Virus record (IMG/VR): IMGVR_UViG_3300026488_000020
Coordinates: 20,235 to 84,234 of that record
Direction: 5' to 3' (one strand)
DNA length: 64,000 nucleotides
Source of the DNA: a virus
Under the pieces are notes generated by a model, which saw only the letters and a program-made list of their open reading frames with translations, did no database searches and was not told where the DNA came from. Numbering within the stretch: the first letter of the stretch is position 1; every line of letters begins with the position of its first letter. This document shows positions 59,131-64,000 of the stretch, piece by piece. The position numbers were made by a program, and so were the translations under genes.

Positions 59131-59963
59131 CAAAAATTACAAAACTTAATTTAACACCTCTCGAGCGCAAGCCCCAACTAGTACAACACTTTGTAAGTTT
59201 AGAAGGTGAAGGTGGAACAATTGGTTCATCCGCACTATATGTACGAACAGGTGAGTGTAATGCTCGGTGTAATTTTTGTGACACGAAATTTAGTGTCGAA
59301 TCTGATGGTAAACATGATATTGTTGATATGACCTCTGAGAAATATGTTGAACTATTAACCTCAACGTATTCTAGATCCCAGAGAGCTAATATTACAAATA
59401 TGTCTATTACTGGTGGTGAACCACTGTTAAATATTAATCATATGAGAGATTTAATTATTGCTACAAAATTAGCATTTCCTTATATTACTCGTATCATTTT
59501 TGAAACAAATGGTACAATGCTTTCAGAAGTTGATAATTGTTTTAAATTGATCGAACAAGTTGGGTCATTACATCCAAAAATTAAATTTATGTTATCAATT
59601 TCTCCAAAACTTTCTGGAGTAACTAGCTATTCAAATGTAAAAGATGATGCTGAGATTTTAGATATTTATAAAAATGTTTTAAATAATTATAAAGGTATTT
59701 TAGATGCGCATTTTGATATTCAATTAAAATTTGTACATTCATCTAAACTTTTAAAATGGAATGAAACATTGATTGAATATGCTTTAGGTATGTGTGACCC
59801 GATTCATAAGAATCAGATTCTTATAATGCCGTTTACACCTGATCAACCTCTCGATAGAGATGCTAAAGAATGGACCTCATCAAAGAATGCTGCTGCTCGA
59901 TATGCAATGGTCAACTATTTTAGATATAGTCCAAGAGTACATGTTGATCGCAAATTAGATTAA
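59127..59963 (+). CDS. queE: 7-carboxy-7-deazaguanine synthase (radical SAM)
   Basis: FVSLEGEG..G..ALYVRTGECNARCNFCDT, ITGGEPL, FETNG, ISPKL, YSPRVH. Confidence 0.93.
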   Translation: MTKITKLNLTPLERKPQLVQHFVSLEGEGGTIGSSALYVRTGECNARCNFCDTKFSVESDGKHDIVDMTSEKYVELLTSTYSRSQRANITNMSITGGEPLLNINHMRDLIIATKLAFPYITRIIFETNGTMLSEVDNCFKLIEQVGSLHPKIKFMLSISPKLSGVTSYSNVKDDAEILDIYKNVLNNYKGILDAHFDIQLKFVHSSKLLKWNETLIEYALGMCDPIHKNQILIMPFTPDQPLDRDAKEWTSSKNAAARYAMVNYFRYSPRVHVDRKLD

Positions 59964-59972
59964 GGAGAATAA

Positions 59973-61121
59973 ATGAATCCCATAGTAGAACAAAATGCTT
60001 ATGATATTGAGATTGATATGGAATTTTTTGACCCGTCATCTAAGAAATTAGAAACAGTTAGAATTGATCACCAATCTATATCAAAATATGAGGTTCGAAA
60101 AGATGCTATGAATTATAATTATAATTTGCATCTTTTAAAACTTAACTCAATAATTAATCAGGTGTATGATCTTATGAAATTAAAAAAGACAAGATTAATA
60201 GTCAATATTATTGAAAATTCTAAAACTATTTCTAAGACAAGATTTATAGTTTTAGAATCTGAAAAATTTAATACTGTTGATAATATGTCAAATATTGATT
60301 TATTATTGATGTCTGAAATGACGTATGACTTTGTACATTATAATAGATTTTCTAGTGTGACAAAAGATGATTCATATATTACATCTTATCAATTGATGTC
60401 TAATATTTTTAAAGAGATTAATAAAAAGTTTGGATCAGATATAAGTACTCATTATAATGATGCAGGTATTGTTAGTCAATTACATGAATCTTTGAGATTA
60501 CAAGACAATCTCAAAGATATAGAAGTTTTTGATTATATTTTTAAAGAATTTCCACCATACCTTTTGAATCCATATTTCATCTTTGATGATTTTCATCTAA
60601 AAGCTAAATCACCTTATAATATTTTTATATTCAATTTAGCGAATATGGGTGGAAACTATCAATTAAAAGATACTAAAAAGATTCAGAATTATGAACGAGG
60701 TGTAAATTTCATTGATTCAAAGCCTTTAATTGATCATACTAGAGTTGATTATATGTTAAGAAGTACTTTAGTACTAATTAATAAACATAATAATACTAAA
60801 GGTATTTTAGAGCCGGCCGATCCTGAATTTAAATCACCAGAAGTTATTACTCATGAAACATCATTAGATGTAAAAAACTTTAAAAATAAACTATATCTTT
60901 CGAAAAAGTTATCAGATTATAAATCAACATATGAAAAATATATGTTTCATAGACTAAATATAGATGATATCGAATTTGGAAATTTGTATAATATTACAAC
61001 AAGAGGTGTACATGATCACTTACCATTAAATATTGAATATACATTTTTAAAAAATAAAAGTGATTTATTTGATTTAACAATTGCTGCAGAATTTTCAAAG
61101 GTTCCCACAGATATATCATAA
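59973..61121 (+). CDS. hypothetical protein
   Basis: 382-aa ORF, AAGGAG RBS. Confidence 0.65.
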   Translation: MNPIVEQNAYDIEIDMEFFDPSSKKLETVRIDHQSISKYEVRKDAMNYNYNLHLLKLNSIINQVYDLMKLKKTRLIVNIIENSKTISKTRFIVLESEKFNTVDNMSNIDLLLMSEMTYDFVHYNRFSSVTKDDSYITSYQLMSNIFKEINKKFGSDISTHYNDAGIVSQLHESLRLQDNLKDIEVFDYIFKEFPPYLLNPYFIFDDFHLKAKSPYNIFIFNLANMGGNYQLKDTKKIQNYERGVNFIDSKPLIDHTRVDYMLRSTLVLINKHNNTKGILEPADPEFKSPEVITHETSLDVKNFKNKLYLSKKLSDYKSTYEKYMFHRLNIDDIEFGNLYNITTRGVHDHLPLNIEYTFLKNKSDLFDLTIAAEFSKVPTDIS

Positions 61122-61172
61122 TGGTTTAATAAGATTTGATAAGATTATTGTTAAAAAATCAAGGAGAAATCA

Positions 61173-61766
61173 ATGGCACGAAAAAGTGATGCTTTAAGTT
61201 CTTTAATTAATTCAAGATATTTTCATTGGATTAGAGAAGCAATTTTACAGCACGAAAATGTCAACATCCAAGCATTATCTGAGAAGTTTCGGATACTTGC
61301 TGGAAACACATATTTTCGAAATTTTATAAAAGATAAGAATCAAGATTATTTAGGTGTATCCGGATTAACTAACATTTTAGAGGAATGCGGATATAAGCTT
61401 ATGCTTGTACCTATTCGAGAAGATGATATAACAAAAGAAGCTGAACTTGGAGCAATTACTCGAGAATCATTCTCTGATATTAGAGATAAGGTTTCAGAAT
61501 TTGCAAAAGCGGTAAAACGACCTCCTAAAAAAGTTAAAGCTGAACCTAAGAAAGTGAAGAATAATTCAGTTATCAATAATGGTATTATGGGATTGATTGA
61601 TAATGATGATTTAGATATTAATGATTTAAATGATATTGATGATATGTTTGATGATGATGAGTTAGAAATTGGTATTGGATCTTTTGATCCAGAAAAGGTT
61701 AAAGCTAAAAAATTGAGAGATACTTTAGCTGTTGAGAGCGCCAAAAGTGCCAAGAGTGATAGTTAA
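61173..61766 (+). CDS. putative HTH regulator with acidic tail
   Basis: IQALSEKF...GLTNILEECGYKLMLVP resembles Xre-type HTH ending. Confidence 0.45.
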   Translation: MARKSDALSSLINSRYFHWIREAILQHENVNIQALSEKFRILAGNTYFRNFIKDKNQDYLGVSGLTNILEECGYKLMLVPIREDDITKEAELGAITRESFSDIRDKVSEFAKAVKRPPKKVKAEPKKVKNNSVINNGIMGLIDNDDLDINDLNDIDDMFDDDELEIGIGSFDPEKVKAKKLRDTLAVESAKSAKSDS

Positions 61767-61772
61767 CATTAC

Positions 61773-61810
61773 CTATCTTAAAAGATAGAAAAAGTTAACA
61801 TAGAAATTAT
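61773..61810 (+). promoter_or_regulatory. bipartite motif TCTTAAAAGA-N15-TAGAAATT
   Basis: Box 1 at 61776-61785, box 2 at 61801-61808, upstream of dpdA-like gene. Confidence 0.65.
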
Positions 61811-61828
61811 AGAGTAATAAGGAAAGAT

Positions 61829-63175
61829 ATGAAATATGTAAGTGTAACTTCGCCAGGTAGCGAAATGTCAAAACCGATTTTTAACTACTTTGATGATTAT
61901 TTGGTATCATTAGGGGAACCTACAACTAGCTCAGCTTGGACATTAATGTCTGTGTTGAAACATGCTAAAAAACTTATTAAAGAGAAACCTGATTCATCAA
62001 GACTATATATTGATTCTGGAGGATTCCAGATCATTATTGGTCATATTGCATTTAAAAGAGTTAAAGAATTTATTTTTGCATATCATGAAGTTCTTGAAAT
62101 GTTTAGAAATGATATCGATGCAATTTTTGCATTAGATGTTTTTAATGTTAAGTTTTTAAAAGATCCAAATGCTGCTTATAATAAAGACAATATTATAGAA
62201 CTATATAATATCAATAAATTTAGTATGCAAGAATCAATAAAACTGATTCAAAAATATCCAGAGATTGCAGATAAACAATTATTCATTTTACAAAGTGGAA
62301 ATGTTACAACATTTAACATATGGAAAGATTTATTTACAGATGTTGAAGTTTATAAACATTATAAACGTTGGTCAATCGGAGGATTGGTAGGATTAAAGAA
62401 AGCGACAAATGCAAAATTTAGTCACGCAGTTCCTGCAACTTTATGGTTATTAACATATCAAAAAAAATATGATATAACAATTGATCAGATTCATTGGTTG
62501 GGACAGAGTTCAAGATTGAGCTTTTTAGCATTATCTTTATTTGAAAAACTATTTGGATTGAATATGACATCTGATAGTTCACAGTTAGTAAGATTTGCGC
62601 CACTTGATGCAAAATTACCATACTTATCATTTCAAGATGATAAGTATACTTTAATTGAAAATAAAGCAGATGTTATATCTAAGATGTTGCCAAGACATTC
62701 AATTGATGATCCAAAATGTTATATTCGAAAGAATCATACTAATGGAAAAACTGTTGAAGTTAAAGTTGAAGATGCAAAGAAAAATCCAAATGTTTTAACA
62801 TTTGAAGAATCAGCATATGAAGCAGATGATGGTAAATCAAAAAACTATTATCAAACTACACCTGAACAGTATTTAGAATATACGGGCAAATTAGATAATC
62901 AAACATTTATTGAATTACAATCACAAAATTTATTTGCAGATTTAAATTTTGGTAATCTGATTGCAGATATGATTGTTGAAAAAGGTTTAGACTATTTTAC
63001 AGATGTGCAATTATTAAAAGATTTACATCCTGTAATGAATCGTGGACGAATTGCTAAAGAAATGTTTAACAATTTACAATACTTTAAGAAGTTTGAACCT
63101 ATAATTGCATCTGGTAATATAGATGCAGCAGATGCAATTATGCAAGAGATTGTTGAATCATATTCAAAAGATTAG
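61829..63175 (+). CDS. dpdA: TGT-fold guanine transglycosylase, DpdA-like
   Basis: YIDSGGFQ, ALDV, ILQ, IGGLV, IHWLG, TSDSS motifs; co-occurs with folE/queE/queC. Confidence 0.75.
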   Translation: MKYVSVTSPGSEMSKPIFNYFDDYLVSLGEPTTSSAWTLMSVLKHAKKLIKEKPDSSRLYIDSGGFQIIIGHIAFKRVKEFIFAYHEVLEMFRNDIDAIFALDVFNVKFLKDPNAAYNKDNIIELYNINKFSMQESIKLIQKYPEIADKQLFILQSGNVTTFNIWKDLFTDVEVYKHYKRWSIGGLVGLKKATNAKFSHAVPATLWLLTYQKKYDITIDQIHWLGQSSRLSFLALSLFEKLFGLNMTSDSSQLVRFAPLDAKLPYLSFQDDKYTLIENKADVISKMLPRHSIDDPKCYIRKNHTNGKTVEVKVEDAKKNPNVLTFEESAYEADDGKSKNYYQTTPEQYLEYTGKLDNQTFIELQSQNLFADLNFGNLIADMIVEKGLDYFTDVQLLKDLHPVMNRGRIAKEMFNNLQYFKKFEPIIASGNIDAADAIMQEIVESYSKD

Positions 63176-63189
63176 CAATCACATAATCA

Positions 63190-63312
63190 GGCACGTCGAC
63201 GTAGCGGACGTTAAAGTTACTAAAAGCTTTTAGTCGAGCATAGCTCAGAACTTAAATGCTAAATGCTAAAGCATTTAAGATATATCAAAAATAATTTTTT
63301 AAGGAATTTAAA
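63190..63312 (+). promoter_or_regulatory. structured 5' leader of SSB gene (H-type pseudoknot + hairpins)
   Basis: S1 ACGTC/GACGT, S2 GTAGC/GTTAC; further hairpins 63219-63234, 63236-63246, 63251-63279. Confidence 0.55.
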
Positions 63313-64000
63313 ATGGCAAAAAATATCACAGTAAACAACGTAATCGTACAATATGTATTCTTAGAGAGAGTAAACCCAGTTTCAAATAAGTTTACATTCG
63401 ATTGTTTAATTCCACAAGATCATCCACAAGTTGCTGAAGTAATGGCAGCATGTTCTGCTGAATGGTTAACTGTTGCTGCAGGTGCTCCTGAAACTGCTGC
63501 TCAATCAATGGGTACAAATTGGACTCTCCCAAATGATACTGGTCACATTCATCCTGATGTAGCTCCTATGCTAGATCCAAATCTACAATATCTTCGCTTC
63601 CGTGGTGTTCAAGATGCTGGTGTTGCTCCTGAGAAAGCAACTAAAATTTATGCCAACATGCAACAACCAGATGGTACAATCGGTGTTGGTGAAGTAACTA
63701 ATCGTTCAATTATTGGTGATGGTACAATTGCAAATGTCAATTTAAATGCATTTGGTTATCAAGCATCTGGTCAAAAAGGTGTAAAATTTTATGGTCAATG
63801 GATTCAAATCGTTGAACTTAAAGAAAGCAAATATGCGGGTGCCGGTGCTCCTCCAGCTCCAACTGCTAATGGTTATGTAGCACCAGCTGAAGCATTTGCT
63901 GCTCCTGTTGCTGCTCCTGTTGCTGCTCCTGTTGCTGCTCCTGTTGCTGCTCCTGTTGCTGCTCCTGTTGCTGCTCCTGTTGCTGCTCCTGTTGCTGCTC
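63313..64000 (+). CDS. single-stranded DNA-binding protein (gp2.5/DUF2815-like), runs off the window end; absent from ORF track
   Basis: MAKNITVNNVIVQYVFL...KFTFDCLIP...IGDGTIANVNLNAFGYQASGQKGVKFYGQWIQIVEL; AAGGA RBS. Confidence 0.75.
   Translation, partial: MAKNITVNNVIVQYVFLERVNPVSNKFTFDCLIPQDHPQVAEVMAACSAEWLTVAAGAPETAAQSMGTNWTLPNDTGHIHPDVAPMLDPNLQYLRFRGVQDAGVAPEKATKIYANMQQPDGTIGVGEVTNRSIIGDGTIANVNLNAFGYQASGQKGVKFYGQWIQIVELKESKYAGAGAPPAPTANGYVAPAEAFAAPVAAPVAAPVAAPVAAPVAAPVAAPVAAPVAA
63898..64000 (+). repeat. 12-bp coding tandem repeat GCTGCTCCTGTT x8+ (AAPV)
   Basis: Read directly; continues to window end. Confidence 0.95.

Noticed and set aside
1256-62630. All other minus-strand ORFs and nested alternative-frame + ORFs in the track
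   Set aside because: They overlap well-supported + strand genes and show no recognisable motifs
63190-63235. preQ1 riboswitch (suggested by the adjacent deazaguanine genes)
   Set aside because: Lacks the preQ1-I consensus stem-loop and A-rich tail; lies downstream of dpdA and upstream of SSB

Overview
AT-rich (roughly a quarter GC by eye), densely coding 64 kb segment of a large (jumbo-type) dsDNA bacteriophage. Essentially every credible gene is on the + strand. It carries the replication/transcription core: RNase HI, RecJ, a probable sliding clamp and clamp loader, two-subunit type IIA topoisomerase, ATP-dependent DNA ligase, Rnl2-type RNA ligase, a gp2.5/DUF2815-like SSB, a fragmented and order-permuted family B DNA polymerase, and a multisubunit RNA polymerase with one-piece beta' and two-piece beta. 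A dispersed 7-deazaguanine DNA-modification pathway is present (folE, queE, queC, gat-queC, dpdA-like transglycosylase), plus a stand-alone GGDEF protein. Non-coding signals read directly from the sequence: (i) a fixed-spacing bipartite motif TCTTWAAAGA-N15-TAGAAATW upstream of three genes; (ii) a related perfect 30-bp palindrome repeated across the window, first found right after a ParB-like gene; (iii) a ~120-nt G-U-containing hairpin (candidate ncRNA) upstream of the RNAP beta' operon; (iv) an H-type pseudoknot in the SSB leader. A Campylobacterota host is a tentative inference. No tRNA, rRNA or CRISPR array was recognised. All protein calls are by motif recognition, without database searches.
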